Positions 12,088 through 27,075 of a stretch of 64,000 bases of DNA are shown piece after piece; the stretch's first letter is position 1; each line of letters starts with the position of its first letter. Source of the stretch: Eledone cirrhosa (taxonomy: Eukaryota); assembly GCA_964016885.1 (NCBI GenBank), contig OZ024741.1:316262001-316326000 (forward strand), written 5' to 3'. The notes below the pieces were generated by a model. It made no database searches. It was not told where the DNA came from and was given only the letters and a program-made list of their open reading frames with translations. The translations under genes and the position numbers were made by a program.

Positions 12088-12769
12088 TTATTATTATAAA
12101 AATTGGCGATAACACTAACATAGCATTGTTCATATTTTTTCTTTTCATAACGAGGCTCTCATGTGTTTATTGTACATAAACATATCGTGTGTTTTCATAT
12201 AGAGACCTATTATGAACAACGTTATATTGCTACCGCCAATGATGTGGTGTGGCAGAATTGGTAGAACGTCGAACAAAATGTCTGGCAGAATCGGTAGAAC
12301 GTCGAACAAAATGTCTGGCAGAATTTGTTCTATTTTTTTATTTAAACTTAAATCACGATACATGAGTTAAAGTTTTCCGAGGCGATTATATAAAGCATAT
12401 GCACAGGATTGTAGTACCAGTACCAGTGTCGTGGTACCAGTGGGAGGGTCGTGGTACCAGTCCCAGGAAAATGATACTCGTGCCAAGGTCGTACTGTCAT
12501 AGGATGACGTCTTTCACATCTTTTTCTAACATCAAACCTGTCAACTCCCCTATCCACATTGGGGTGGGTGAGAGATGACTTCTCCTGTGAAAATAGGTAT
12601 AGCTTTCATCATGTAGAATCTCCCCCATTTTGCTTCATTTCTCCCCGTTATGGGGCACCTTTTTTCATGGTACCCCCCCCCCCCCCCCGTTTCGGTTTTT
12701 AGAGATTAGCAGGTCTGTAACGTGTCTGCCATTTGTCCACAAGTGATTTTCTCTCTCCTCTACTTCTTC

Positions 12770-13125
12770 ACCTGTTTTCTTTTATCTTCACTCAAAGAAA
12801 ACCCTTTCTACCTGTTTTCCTTTCAGATGAAAGACAAGCGTCCAAAAGGTTAAGACATTTTTATTCTTTCCTCTTCAAGCGTTATGCTAATATACTGTTA
12901 TTGTAATGTGTTGTTTTCTGTTAATGCTCATTGATTTTGTTAATTTGTATGTGTGTATACTTTACTTGGACTACCTTTTATTTTCTGTATCTATCCTTTG
13001 TGATGGTGTCTCTATTTGTATTCCTGAAGAAGGGCTAAAGCCCGACACATAGAACTCGTTTCCCCTTTTCCATATAAAGCGTGAAACTAATAAAACTTTT
13101 TGCACCTCTGTTTGTTGTTTCCTTG
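12770..13125 (+). mobile_element. Penelope-like pseudo-LTR remnants (two tandem degenerate copies)
   Basis: cctgaagaagggctaaagcccgacac followed by aagcgtgaaactaata, with a more decayed copy at about 12820 (cagatgaaag...aagcgttatgctaata). Confidence 0.45.
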
Positions 13126-13142
13126 AACTATATATATATGTA

Positions 13143-13219
<77 letters not shown>

Positions 13220-13689
13220 GTGGTGTCTGCTTATGATGTGCACATTTACATCTCATAACAGCGATACGACCAACGGTTAGAAATTACTAGGCTTGATATG
13301 ATCAACTAACACCCCTGTTGAAAGAATTGCAAGTGCATCAGCATAGCATCCGCCCAATGACTGCAACCAATATAAGAACACCAAACATACAGCCTTCGAT
13401 GACACAGATTAACACATGGCAGGTTAGATGTGGGCAGGGCAGTTGACATGGGCTTACGACTCTGAGGGAGCCCACTCCTTACAAGTTCTAGTTCTTCTGT
13501 TGTGTTACATCTAAATACATCATAGACACACGTGCATGCATATACACACACCAACACACACATACACACATACATACATACATTCATAGATACATACATG
13601 ATATGACCTGCAACCTTTACATAATTCACTAGTGTTTAACATGATTACTAAAATACTTAATGAACATTTTGAAATGAAGCCCACATATT

Positions 13690-14352
13690 TTCACGTCTGG
13701 CCTGGGACTATTACCAGCTTTGGCAGGGTTGAGCGCTACATTTTACATCTAGTCTAGGTCAGGTATCAGTTTTAGAATGGAAGGAGCTGCATTCCACATC
13801 TGGTCAACATCTATTACCAACTTTGGGATGGAGGTGATAGTTGGAGGGTCTGCATTTCATATCTGGTCAACATCTATTACCAACTTTGGTCTGGAGGAGC
13901 TGCATTTTGCATCTGATCAACATCTGTTACCAACTTTGGTGTGGAGGAGATGGTTGGGGGTCTGCACTTCACATCTGGTCAACATCTATTACCAGCTTTA
14001 GGACGGAGGTGATGATGGGTTTACATTTCACATCTCGCCTGGCCTTATTACCATCTTTAGGATGGAGGTGATGGTGTGGGCTGCATTTCACATCTGGCCA
14101 ACATCTATTACCATCTTTAGCATAAAGATGATGGCGGGGGGGGGCAGCATTCCACATCTGGCCAATATCTATTACCAACTTTGGGGTGGTGGAGGTGGTG
14201 GTGAGTTTCCATTTCACATCTGGCCTGGCCTTATTACCAACTTTAGGATGGATGTGATGGTGATGTCTGCATTCCACATCTGGTCAACATCTATTACCAA
14301 CTTTGGGAGGGAGGTGATGGTGAGACTAGATTTCACATCTGGTCAACATTTA
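13690..14352. repeat. Minisatellite with 50-63-bp units, about 11 copies
   Basis: Recurrent tgcatttcacatctggtcaacatctattaccaactttgggatggaggtgatgg. Confidence 0.92.
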
Positions 14353-14914
14353 TTAAGTTTCACACAGAGCACACACACACATAGACACACAAAGGACTGT
14401 ATTACCGAAAAATCTGACTAGCCTAGGGGCTCCATCAATTATTTTCCGGAAGTGGGGTATAAGATTTAAGTGCCAGAGGGGCCTCGAAATACCTGAAAGA
14501 TAAAGGGCTGGACCATACGACAATATAACCCATATACACACAAACCTTCTCCAAAATAACAACAATACATAAACAAAATGTCAAAAGGAAACATCACTAG
14601 TAGAATTCATAGAATCTGTTTATTTTTGAATCTCCCATTTATGTGAAAAATATAACAATAGTTTTGGACCTTTTTGTTTTGTTTTTTTTTTTAATAATTA
14701 TCGTCATTATTATTATTATTATCATTATCATCAGTTATCATTATTACTATTATTATTAATATCAGACTTATTTTCATTGTGTGGTCACTGCATAACCAAG
14801 CACATCTCTGTGTGCCTTGGGTCTATGTAGTGTTGGTTTTGGTGTTTCTATTATTATTATCATCATCATCATCATCATCATTATCATTATTATTATCATT
14901 ATCATTATCATTAT

Positions 14915-15105
14915 TATGGTTCAATATTGTAAATCTTAGACACTTAGATGTTAAACAACCTCGATATTTCAGTGAAGGAGCCGTCAACAAGTTGACAAAT
15001 TCCCTCACTGCATTCTCTCTTCTGGCTTATATAGGACAAGACCTTCCTTAAAATCCTTGCTGTACCAAGAAGTGCTATCTTCTGCATGTCCTGTAACCTT
15101 GCATT
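14915..15105 (-). mobile_element. R4/Dong-clade non-LTR retrotransposon 3' end
   Basis: LQDMQKIALLGTARILRKVLS is the typical C-terminus of R4/Dong/Rex6 ORFs. It is embedded in (TAA)n-type repeats on both sides. Confidence 0.75.
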
Positions 15106-15149
15106 ACTATTATTAATCATTATTAATATTACTATTATTATTATTGTTG

Positions 15150-15182
<33 letters not shown>

Positions 15183-15455
15183 GCAGCAGCAGCAGCATAA
15201 TTAGCGTTTATTGGTAATTACCATCTGGTGTGGCTACTGTTGTTGTTATCATAGAAATCATCATAAATTTATTCTTCTACCATTGTACAATAATAGTAAT
15301 AATACTAGTAGTAGTAGTAGTAGTAGTAGTAGCAGTAGCAGTAGTAGTAGTAGTAAGAATATGGATAGTAATAATAGTAGTGGTGGTGGTGGTGGTGGTG
15401 GTGGTTTGTGTAGCTTTCTTGATTGGCACATATACATGTATATACAGACAGAAAT

Positions 15456-15494
<39 letters not shown>

Positions 15495-15497
15495 CAT

Positions 15498-15529
<32 letters not shown>

Positions 15530-15586
15530 GTGTGTATGTATGTACACACATATATGTGTATGTATGTACACATGTATTTATTCACA

Positions 15587-15621
<35 letters not shown>

Positions 15622-15984
15622 ACACACATGTATTTATTCACACACACACACACATACACATATATATATGCATATATGTGTATGGGTGTGTGATAGTGTG
15701 TATCCATTGATAGAATGTGTGCAGCTCAGGGTTGAGGTGTAATAATAAAAAAAAATATAGATGAGAGCAATAAATATATAACAATAATAATAATGATAAT
15801 AATAATAGTAATAGTAATAGTAATAATAATAATGATAATAATGTTACCAGTATTGTTTACTATAGAGGGGTGGGGGTATAGTGAAAAATAAAGAAACGGA
15901 GGGGTGTGGGGAAAATATATATATAATAAAATAAAAACAATGACAAATCATATATAAACACACATATCTATATACACACATACA

Positions 15985-16127
<143 letters not shown>

Positions 16128-16498
16128 GGGTGTGTGTAGATAGATATAAAATTAATAAAGGAAGTACCTTAAAAGAACTTAAGAGATATTTTTGAGATCA
16201 GGTCATAAGGCTGACTTCATATGAGTGAGGGGTAACACTCAAGTATTGAATTTTAAAAAAAAAAATGTTAAATAAACAAAATAAAAATAAAATGAAATAA
16301 GATAAAATAAAATAAAATTTTGAAAAATAAAATAAAATGTGAAACGAAAGGAAAAGAAAAAAGAGGAAAAGATAAGTGTAAGAACAAAGTGTATAAAAGG
16401 AAGTGTTGATGACAAGGACTATATATGTTTGTGAATGTGTATATATATATATATATATTTATATATATTTATATATATTACATACATGTATACACACA

Positions 16499-16548
<50 letters not shown>

Positions 16549-16821
16549 TAGACAGAGAATTACTGTTAATTTCTCAGCTAATTGTTTTGTCACATAAGAT
16601 TTGATATTAAAAACTGCCCTAGTGAACATGTATACATACATATATATATATTTATATGAAAAAAGCTGCTCTGTTAATGGTGGCTATTTATCATGCTAAT
16701 GATGATGATGATGATGATGATGATCCTTACAACAACAACAATAATAATAATAATAATGATTTCTTTATTAACCACAAATGGTCCACATCAAGAAAAATAT
16801 TGTTGCTGACCCTTTATGGTT

Positions 16822-17015
16822 AATAATTGTTTCTACTTTTGGCACAAGGCCAGCAATTACACCAGTACATTACTGGTACTTTATTTTATCGACCCCGTAA
16901 GGATGAAAGGCAGAGTTAACCTCGGCGCGATTTGAACTCAGAATGGCAAGGGGCATAACTCTATGCGTCAAAGCATGGCGTCCGACCCTCTACCGATACT
17001 GCCAATCCACCGCCT
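16822..17015 (-). mobile_element. SINE family A copy
   Basis: Complete head, core and tail. Confidence 0.88.
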
Positions 17016-17024
17016 TTTATGGTT

Positions 17025-17190
17025 AATAATGATATCTACTATAGGCACATGGCCAGCAATTTGGGGGAAGGAGAACGTCGATTAGATCGACCCCAGTAAA
17101 TAATTTGTACTTTATTCTATTGATTCTGAATGGGTGAAAAACAAAGTTGACTACGATAGGATTGGAACTGAGGATGTAAAGAGCTACAAA
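17025..17190 (-). mobile_element. SINE family A, older degenerate copy
   Basis: ggccagcaatttggggg...gattagatcgaccccagta... Confidence 0.65.
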
Positions 17191-17271
17191 AAATGGCAAT
17201 AGTAAAACTGAAAATAATAATGACCCTTTTTTTTATTATCTACTGCTGCTCCAATCCTGAAATAATAACAA

Positions 17272-17496
17272 TAATAATTGTTTCTACTTTAGACAAAAGG
17301 CCAGCAATTTGAAGGGGAGGGGGAAGTCGATTAAATCGACCCCAGTCCATTACTGGTACTTTATTTTATCGACCCAGTAAAGATGAAAGGCAAAGTTAAC
17401 CTCGGCGGGATTTGAATGCAGAACGTAAAGGGCCATAAATCTATGCCGTGAAGCATGGTGTCTGACGCTCTACCGCTGCTGCCACTCCACCACCCT
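17272..17496 (-). mobile_element. SINE family A, full length
   Basis: Best-preserved copy. The minus strand has the B-box-like gcattcaaatccc. Confidence 0.88.
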
Positions 17497-17849
17497 TAAC
17501 AACAATAATAATAATAATAGTGTAATGTATTTTGTCAGTTCCAGCTAATTAACATATTTCTGGAGGTTAAAAAAAATGAACTCCTGTATAGTAGTAGTAA
17601 CAGCAACAGCAGTAGTAGTAGCAGCAGCAGCAGCAATAAAATTAATAACAACAATAATAGTAATAATAATGATAATATTTTTGTTTTGCTTTGTTTAAGA
17701 ATGACACTTTTACAAGACCATTGTCAACTGAAGATTGTTTTCACAGGCAGGTTTTCATTATACATATTATAAACATACATACATACAATACACATATATA
17801 CATACATACACACGTGTATCTACATATAAACATATATACAGTTATATAG

Positions 17850-17914
<65 letters not shown>

Positions 17915-18051
17915 TTACAGGTATGTGTTCCCACATAGCACAAAGCAACTGCTTTCATATATGTGTATATACAAATACACACACACACACAAGTACATGT
18001 ATACATACACACACAAAGTGTAAGTATATATATATATATATATATATATAT

Positions 18052-18086
<35 letters not shown>

Positions 18087-18135
18087 CATATATATATATA
18101 TTACATATATATATATATTACATATATATATATAT

Positions 18136-18245
<110 letters not shown>

Positions 18246-19988
18246 CATATATATATATATATACATATATATTACATATATATATATCTGTACTTCAAAC
18301 ATGCAAGCAAAAAGGATAAAAAAGATTATTATTTCCTTCTTCTTTCTGATATAATTAACAGTTACAAGATCAACAAACCTTAACGTACCAGTAATAGTAG
18401 TGGTGGTAGCTTGTAGTACTAATGGTGGTGGTAGTAGTAGTAGCAGTGGTGGTAGCAATAGTAGGGGTGGTGGTAGTGGTGAAAGCAGTAGTAGTAGTCA
18501 TAGCAAGAAAGGTACAATCACAACATACCACTACACATGGTTGTATAGCTACCTGACCTAATATGTGGTTCTTTAGCAAGCATTGCAGAGTTCAAACCCC
18601 AGATGATGGGATGAGAGGCAAACATAAGGGTATTTAAAGGGTTTAACATGAGTATTCCGGAAGAATGAATTGGAAGGGGCAAAGGTGAGAAGAGAAAGGA
18701 TTATGAAAACGTTATGAAAAAATCAGATGGTATTTTACAAGCCCAGTTTAACAATATACAGGTTGTTGGTGGTGGTGTGGGAGGGACAGGAGAGGGTTAA
18801 AATTAGAGCTCCAACAAATCTACACAAACACATATATATACATACATGACAAAAATACACAATATATGCAGGACCCCAGAAAAGATCACCTCCTCCCACA
18901 CTACCCATCCATGTCATTCCATATTATATTCAAAAGACAATTCAATCCTAGCAACATTATGGTTAAAGAGCAATTTATATTTAAAAAAATATAAAAATGG
19001 AAACAACCCCACCCTCTCCACCATCCAGCCCCAACATCAACAACAAGGAAAAAAAAAAGGAAACAATTTGACCCGCTTGAAATGAGGCACGTGATCAAGT
19101 TCCTGCATGTACTCCACTACAACCATTGACACTACCACATTGAACATATTCTACATCTATCTTTATTCAACACATCCACGTCCTCCTTCACCATCACCAC
19201 CACTACTAATACTACTCAGAGTACCTGGTTATTTAGCACCCTACAAATAAATTTCAATTTGGTAAGCTGACAGACGTAGTTTTTGACATTTCTTACTCTG
19301 ATCACATTAAGGAAATTAGTAAGCCTGCATTTTCCACTACACAGTCCATACTCACCTCTACCAAATCATGTGATACATCATAGCATCATATAACCTTCTT
19401 CACCACTTGTCATATTTCTACAATGCTGCTTCGTCACAAAGATGTTTCATGATTTATTTATTGATCACAGGAAATTATTATATATCTAACTTGCATAAAA
19501 CTGTGATCCCTTTAAGTTCATTAAGGTCTGCACCATAGGCAGCTGCCTAGTTAACCTTAAAGGTAATGCTGACCATGTTGCTGCTACTATAATTTTACTA
19601 CTACCAGCACTATCCAATTCAAAAAAAAAAATAAATAAATAACAATAAAACATGACTGTCAGATCATAGAAGATCAAATCACCAAAATTCTACTAAGTTT
19701 TCTCAAAGATTTAGATATATCACACCCAACCGCTGCCTTTCAAAGATATTTTGGGGCCTTGTTTACATGTGTGTGGGTGTGTGTGGTATAATAATAAATA
19801 TATTTTTTAAAAAGCATAAGGTCTAAATACTCATATTATTGTGTGTATCAATGTATGAGTGTTTGTGTTAATATGTGTATGTCTCTGTGTATGTGTATGT
19901 GTGCGTGTGGTATGTTTAATATCTTTAAAAAATTTCAAATATTATTTTATTACAATTCCATAAACATATATATGTATACATTTATGTG

Positions 19989-20020
<32 letters not shown>

Positions 20021-20068
20021 TATATGTGTACATATATGTGTATATATATATATACACACACACACATA

Positions 20069-20135
<67 letters not shown>

Positions 20136-20808
20136 AGTTTGACTTAACTCAGCATATACATAATATAATATATCATCATCATCACCACCATTTAACATTT
20201 ATTTCCCATGCTTGCATGGGTTAGACAGCTGACGCACCCTGGATAATGAACCATTTAGAATTTCATTTGTTTATTTTGTGAGAGTATGTATATAATATAT
20301 ATATATACACATATATAGTTATACATACATACACACATATGTGTATGTATGTATTAATACTTCTCATAAAAGTATTCTTCTATTTTTTCTTATTTATCAT
20401 TCAAGTGTTACATCTATATATTTTATATTTTTCATAACAAATAAACTTTGTTTTTTTTTATCATCTCATACCATCACATTCACATCTATATATACATATA
20501 TATATATGTGTGTGTATGTGTGTGTGTGTGTGCATACTCATATATATACACACACTCATATACTGTCATTGTATGTATATGTGTAAGTGTCTTTGTATCT
20601 ACCTCTGTGTGTTTATGTGTACATATACATGTTTCTTTGTATGTATATATGAATATATACATATAATATATATATATATATACACATAAACAAGAGTGTT
20701 GGTGTATTATTTCTTTACATCTCAAACTCTTTCACTAATTCCCTATGGTGACAAAATAAATGTGTATATATATATATAATATACATATATATATATACAT
20801 ACACACAT

Positions 20809-20851
<43 letters not shown>

Positions 20852-21272
20852 AAACAATATTTTGAAATCTATTGATGTGGTTTCTACTTCAATATATTTT
20901 TTTATATTTTGTTCATCCCAACTTACATTCTCTTTATATAGTTTGAAAAATACCCAGACACAAATACACACACATATACATATATATAGAGATAGATAGA
21001 TTTAAATATACATTTACACGCACACATATATATATGAACATGCATACACAGATATATTAATGACCGTGCTCTCGTATGCATAACATACACACGTGTATGT
21101 TTGTGTATATTATATTTTTTTACAACCTTTCCATAAAATTATTTAAAGAACTTTTGACAGTTTTTATTATATATCTGAATTAATTTTTAAATAAGTATTA
21201 TTACTATCATTATTACTACTTAAAAAGACATTATTGTTACTTTTATGATTATTATTATTGTCAAAATTAGTT

Positions 21273-21497
21273 AGGGCGGTGGATTGGCAGTATCAGTAGA
21301 GAAACGAGCAACATGCTTTGTGTTGTATAGTTACAGCTCTTTACATTCTGAGTTCAAATCCTCTCGACGTTAGATTTACCTTTCATCCTTACTGGGTCAA
21401 TAAAATATAGTACCAGTAACGCACTGGGATCAATTTAGCCAAATTTTCCCTTCCCAATAAATTGCTGGCCTTGTGCCAAAATTAGAAACAATTATTA
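21273..21497 (+). mobile_element. SINE family A, full length
   Basis: ggcggtggattggcagtatcagtagag...gagttcaaatcc...cctttcatccttactgggtcaataaaatatagtaccagt...attagaaacaatta. Confidence 0.88.
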
Positions 21498-21744
21498 TCA
21501 AAATTAGGATTAAATTATTACAAAAATATAATAAATAGACCAAAAACATATTAAAAAAAAAAAGAAGTTAAACCAGATATCAAAATGTAAAATAAAAGAG
21601 AGTGGATTGGACCCCTACCTAATGCACATGACCAAAATAACACACCACCAAACAAACACATTACTTTTATCCACCCACTGTCTGTAATGTCATACATCAC
21701 TGCTATGTGTTCAAACGCAACCCTTGTCACCATCATTCAGTTAA

Positions 21745-21904
21745 CCCTTTTATGACTATTTCTAATGAAATACACTCAATTAATTGAATAATTTTAACAT
21801 AGGGGTCTTATAGAACGATTTTAATATAAATATGAATCCTTTAATATTGCTGGTTTTGCTTCATAGAACCAGAAACCGTTTTGACCAGGTTGATATCAGA
21901 AGGG
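21745..21904. mobile_element. piggyBac-like MITE
   Basis: TTAA|CCCTTT...GAAGGG|TTAA ends. Confidence 0.55.
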
Positions 21905-23409
21905 TTAAAGAGTGGTCTACAACAGGGTTTGCTAGACTGAGTAGTTAAGTAACCCAGAATTATGTGAAAGAATTCTGGTGTTCAGCAAGATAAGGTGACT
22001 TTTAATGAAAAATTTTATAAAAATTTGTTTTATAAAAAAAAGATGCTATTTCCCCATTTTCAAATAAATTCTCTTTTACTCTAAAATAGTTTTTGTTCAA
22101 TTCAATTTAATGTCTTATTAAAATATAAACTGTGTGCATCCAGTTTAGTATGGATACACAGTATCTCTGTGTTGGGAAAAGTTTACTAAAAGGGTTGGTG
22201 CAGGAAGGGCATCCAGCTATGAACAGCATCTCAAAAAAATAAAATAAAACATATATATATAAGAAGATATTCCGAAATAACATCCTGTCCAGTGGGATTT
22301 GTTTCTCTGCTTCTGAATATTACAAATGACCAAAGTTAAGTTAAATTTCTGGGGCCCTATGAAGTGTTGTGTCAACTACGGACAACGAAATCTCAAGAGA
22401 AATGTTGCATTAAAGGATTTTAAAATAGTGAGAAGAACTTCAGCCTTTAATGAAATCTGCTATTGATAGACACAAGTATTACTGGTATTTTATGAAGAAA
22501 TAACACTATCAGTGTCATTGTTGGCATTAAACAGTCAGTGTAAACTCTACTCAACTGAGAATTCCTAGATAAAAATCAGTCACATTTATTTATACATCTA
22601 TTTCATATTACAATTTGAGAGAAAGAGTGCAGATGGTTACAGGATTCCAATGGAGCAATCAGTTCCTCTAAATTTTACAAGGGATGTGTGATTTGAGCAG
22701 AACATCTATAACAGGGTATTTTAGCAGCTCAAAAACGCAAGTATATATGGCCAGTAAGCCACTTGCATGAGGTTTAAAATTGTCTATTTACACACCATAC
22801 CACACTAACACCACTCCCAACTCGAAGCCTAACCCATGGTTGAAAATGAATGGTAGATGAAGTTGATTTTAGACGAGATCTGAACTTCAGAATGTAAAGA
22901 GAGGAATGCCTAATGCAAGGTGTTTTGTCCAGTGCACTTCCATTTAATTCTACCATCCTCTACATATCCCACCCATCCACTACATATCCCACTCATGTTC
23001 CACATGCTTTGTCCATCCTCCAGCAGACCTTTATATCACAAAGAGCTTCAACTAACAAGGTAATTTCTTCAAACATGACACCCCCTCCCCACATACCTAT
23101 AAACAGTTAGATTGGTGATTTAGAATGTGGAATTCAGGCTCCAAAATCTGGAAAATTTGAATATTTTGGGGAGGCAGGTGGGGTTCATCTTTTCTTAAAT
23201 TTTACATGTATTTTTAAAACTAAACAAGTTTTTATATTTAGGGTGGTGTGGTTATGAAGCACATGATGAAATGATGATACATAAACATATTGAATATTAT
23301 AAGTAGGCGAGGGCAGGACAGAGCACCAATCAAGGGGAGCCTAGCCCCAGCGTATGACTCACAATTAGATAGGAAAATGCTAGCTTTCACATTTGTGACT
23401 CACGCTGTT

Positions 23410-23600
23410 TTTTAGCCTAAGGTCAGCCCTGATCCAGCAGGCCTTATGACCAAATGTGTTCCATATGTGACCATCCCATCTTATTGTCACAGACACAGTG
23501 GACCCCAGGACCACATCTAATTGATTTGTGTTAGTTTTTTAAACAGTAGTGTGTGAAATGAGTGAGATGTGGCTGCTATTACTAGCAGGTTTATTGACTT
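23410..23600 (+). mobile_element. Dispersed repeat family C (ends gtgtgatttgag...ttggctgctatttctagcaggt)
   Basis: Homologous segments at 28140-28345 (+), 59170-59345 (-) and 59700-59750 (-), with weaker copies at 11575, 22685 and 27855. Confidence 0.7.
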
Positions 23601-23939
23601 AGTGATGATGGTGGCAACAGTGGTGAAGCTAATTGTCCTGTAATGATTCAGCAGAAAACATCTAAATACAAGTTGGTTAATTCAAATATTTATAGACTCT
23701 CTACTGCTGAACTGAATAATTTTTAATGTGATGCAGTCATTATTCTGTTTAGTATTTTTCAAGAATGTCTTGCTATTGTGGTGAGAGGTAATACATACTA
23801 TCAACACCAATATCACTGCACTACTTTCTACAAAAACTACTTCCATTCAGCTTGTTCATTATTATTACTACTGTTGTTGTTATGACTACTACTGCTGTGT
23901 TGTTGTTATTATTACTGCAGTGATAGTAATAACAAAAAC

Positions 23940-24158
23940 AACAGTAATAATTGTTTCTACTTTTGGCACACGGCCAGGAATTACCCCAGTGCGTTACTGG
24001 TACTTTATTTTATCGTTCCCCATAAAGATAAAGGTAGAGTCAATCCTGCCTAGGTTAACTTTGCCTTTCATCCTTATGGGGCCGATAACATAAACTACCA
24101 GTAACACACTGAGGTAATTCCTGGCCGTGTGCCAAAAGTAGAAACAATTATTACTGTT
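23940..24158. mobile_element. Head-to-head pair of SINE family A 3' halves forming a palindrome
   Basis: The outer 46 bp are perfect inverted repeats, the inner arms are imperfect, and there is almost no spacer. Confidence 0.9.
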
Positions 24159-24639
24159 ATTGTTGTTGTTGGGGTTATTACTACTACTACTGTTGTGTTG
24201 TTATTATTACTGTTGTTATTACCTTTACTGCTGTGGTGTTGTTGCTGTTGTTATTATTATTGTTGTTATTACTACTGTTGCTGTTGTTGGTATTACTAAT
24301 GTTGCTGTTGTTGTTATTACTAATGTTGTTATTATTGAAGACATCCTGGCAGTTGAATCAATTCCTCAGACACATACACACACATATACACACAAACACA
24401 TACACACACAAACACATACACACACCAATATACATCAACACAATACCCTTCATTGAAGTTCATTAACACTTGCTGTTGTTTTGTTTTGTATATTTTTTAA
24501 TATATATAATTTGTTTATTTTTAAAATCATCTCTCCATGTTTCATGTGAAAACAAAAAAAAAAACATTTAAAAAAAGGCTAAGAGAAAAATATTTAAAAA
24601 AAAAGAAAAATATAACTATTAATCATAAATATAATATAT

Positions 24640-24719
<80 letters not shown>

Positions 24720-24803
24720 ATACATGATAAACATATATATTTCCAGCATCTATTTTCAAAGATTTAACGCCGGCATCACAATCACAAACAGTCTTTGTCA
24801 TTA

Positions 24804-24807
<4 letters not shown>

Positions 24808-24877
<70 letters not shown>

Positions 24878-24878
24878 C
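24808..24878. repeat. (CAT)n microsatellite
   Basis: Direct run. Confidence 0.95.
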
Positions 24879-25032
24879 CATCAACATCTTCAACATTGTC
24901 AGTTACTTTCTTTTTAATTTTGGCCAAACAACAAAATAAACATGTATATATAAATGAGTATACATATATATAATATATATATATATATATAATATATATA
25001 TATATAATATATATATATATAATATATATATA

Positions 25033-25179
<147 letters not shown>

Positions 25180-25346
25180 GTATGTATTTGCTGTCTTTGG
25201 ATTTTTTGTTTTCTTCTTACAAAAAACCAAAATGGCTTGATGTATGCTTGATGTGCAAGCATGTAGAGATTCTTCTATATACATACATATTTATATACAT
25301 AGAAAACATATACATATATATATATAAACATGTATTTATACACATG

Positions 25347-25381
<35 letters not shown>

Positions 25382-25439
25382 ATATAAATTTATATATACA
25401 TAGTTATTTATACATACAAAGTATAGTCACACACACACT

Positions 25440-25497
<58 letters not shown>

Positions 25498-25666
25498 TAC
25501 ATTGTATTAGCTCAGTTTAATGTGAGGGAGAATGAGGGAGGGTGGGAGCAGGAATTGTTCATGTTTATTTTTTGTTCAGTTTTCTTTTGTTTGTCTTTTT
25601 TTGGGTTGTTTTTTTTTAGTTCAAGTATTTATTTTCAATTACCAGTAGTCTTTCTGTACATGACAA

Positions 25667-25714
<48 letters not shown>

Positions 25715-25824
25715 ATATATATATAGTTCCAGATAAACAAGATGAACACAAGGATGAAATTACACTAATTTATAGTTTCACACTTGTACATACATACACA
25801 CAAACACACATATATCTATGTATA

Positions 25825-25878
<54 letters not shown>

Positions 25879-26326
25879 CATATATATGAAACCAGTTTGT
25901 CCATCTTAGCCTTCATATGAATTTTTCCCATTTTATTTATTTTTTTTGCTAGTTTTTTTTTTGTCAACTTTTTTTAAAAAACCTATCTATTACCTTTTGT
26001 CTCATGCCATAACAATAATAATAATAATAACAATAACAACAATAATAATCATTATTATTATCATCCTCATCATCGTCGTCATTATTTTTTCATTGTTTTA
26101 TAATTAATATCATTATTATTCATATCATCATCATTATTATTACTATCATCATCATTATTATTACTATCATCATTATCATCGTCATCATTAAAAAGGAGGA
26201 TAAGGGGAAATTCTTACTTCATAAATTCTGTTGTATGTATTGTTTAAATATATACATATATACATATATATTTGAATATAAATGTGTGTCTATATATATA
26301 TATATATATATGTATGTTTATATATT

Positions 26327-26368
<42 letters not shown>

Positions 26369-26506
26369 TACATACAAATTTATACACACACATATATATA
26401 TATACATACATATATATATTATAATATATATATATAGACATACATACAAATATATATACACACACACATATATATATACACACACACACATATATATATA
26501 CACATA

Positions 26507-26561
<55 letters not shown>

Positions 26562-26584
26562 TATAAACATACATACAAATATAT

Positions 26585-26617
<33 letters not shown>

Positions 26618-27075
26618 CACATATATATATATATTATATATATATATATATATACAGCCACATACACCATACACGCATACACACATATTTAGGCCCACAT
26701 ACACCTGCAATAGAAATATTTTTGTTATAAATTATTTATCTGCAGTTTCATTTTTTTTAACCTTTATAATTTCTCTATTTTCTTATTTGGGGGAAGGTTT
26801 TCATGTTACTTTTAAATCTCAAAATTCAATATTAAACTTTTTTTTTCAATATTTATTTACATATATATATTATATATATACATATATATATATACACACA
26901 CATATATGCATATATATACATATATGTGTGTATATACATATATGTATGTATATATACATAATATACATACACACACATACACATACACATATATATATAT
27001 ATATATCATCATCATCATCATCATCATCATTTAACGTCTATCTTCCACGTTAAACGATGATGATGATGATGATGA

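Noticed and set aside
19340-19420. Minus-strand donor GAG|GTGAGT suggesting another coding exon
   Set aside because: All three frames between the nearest upstream AG and the donor contain stops, and there is no good polypyrimidine tract.
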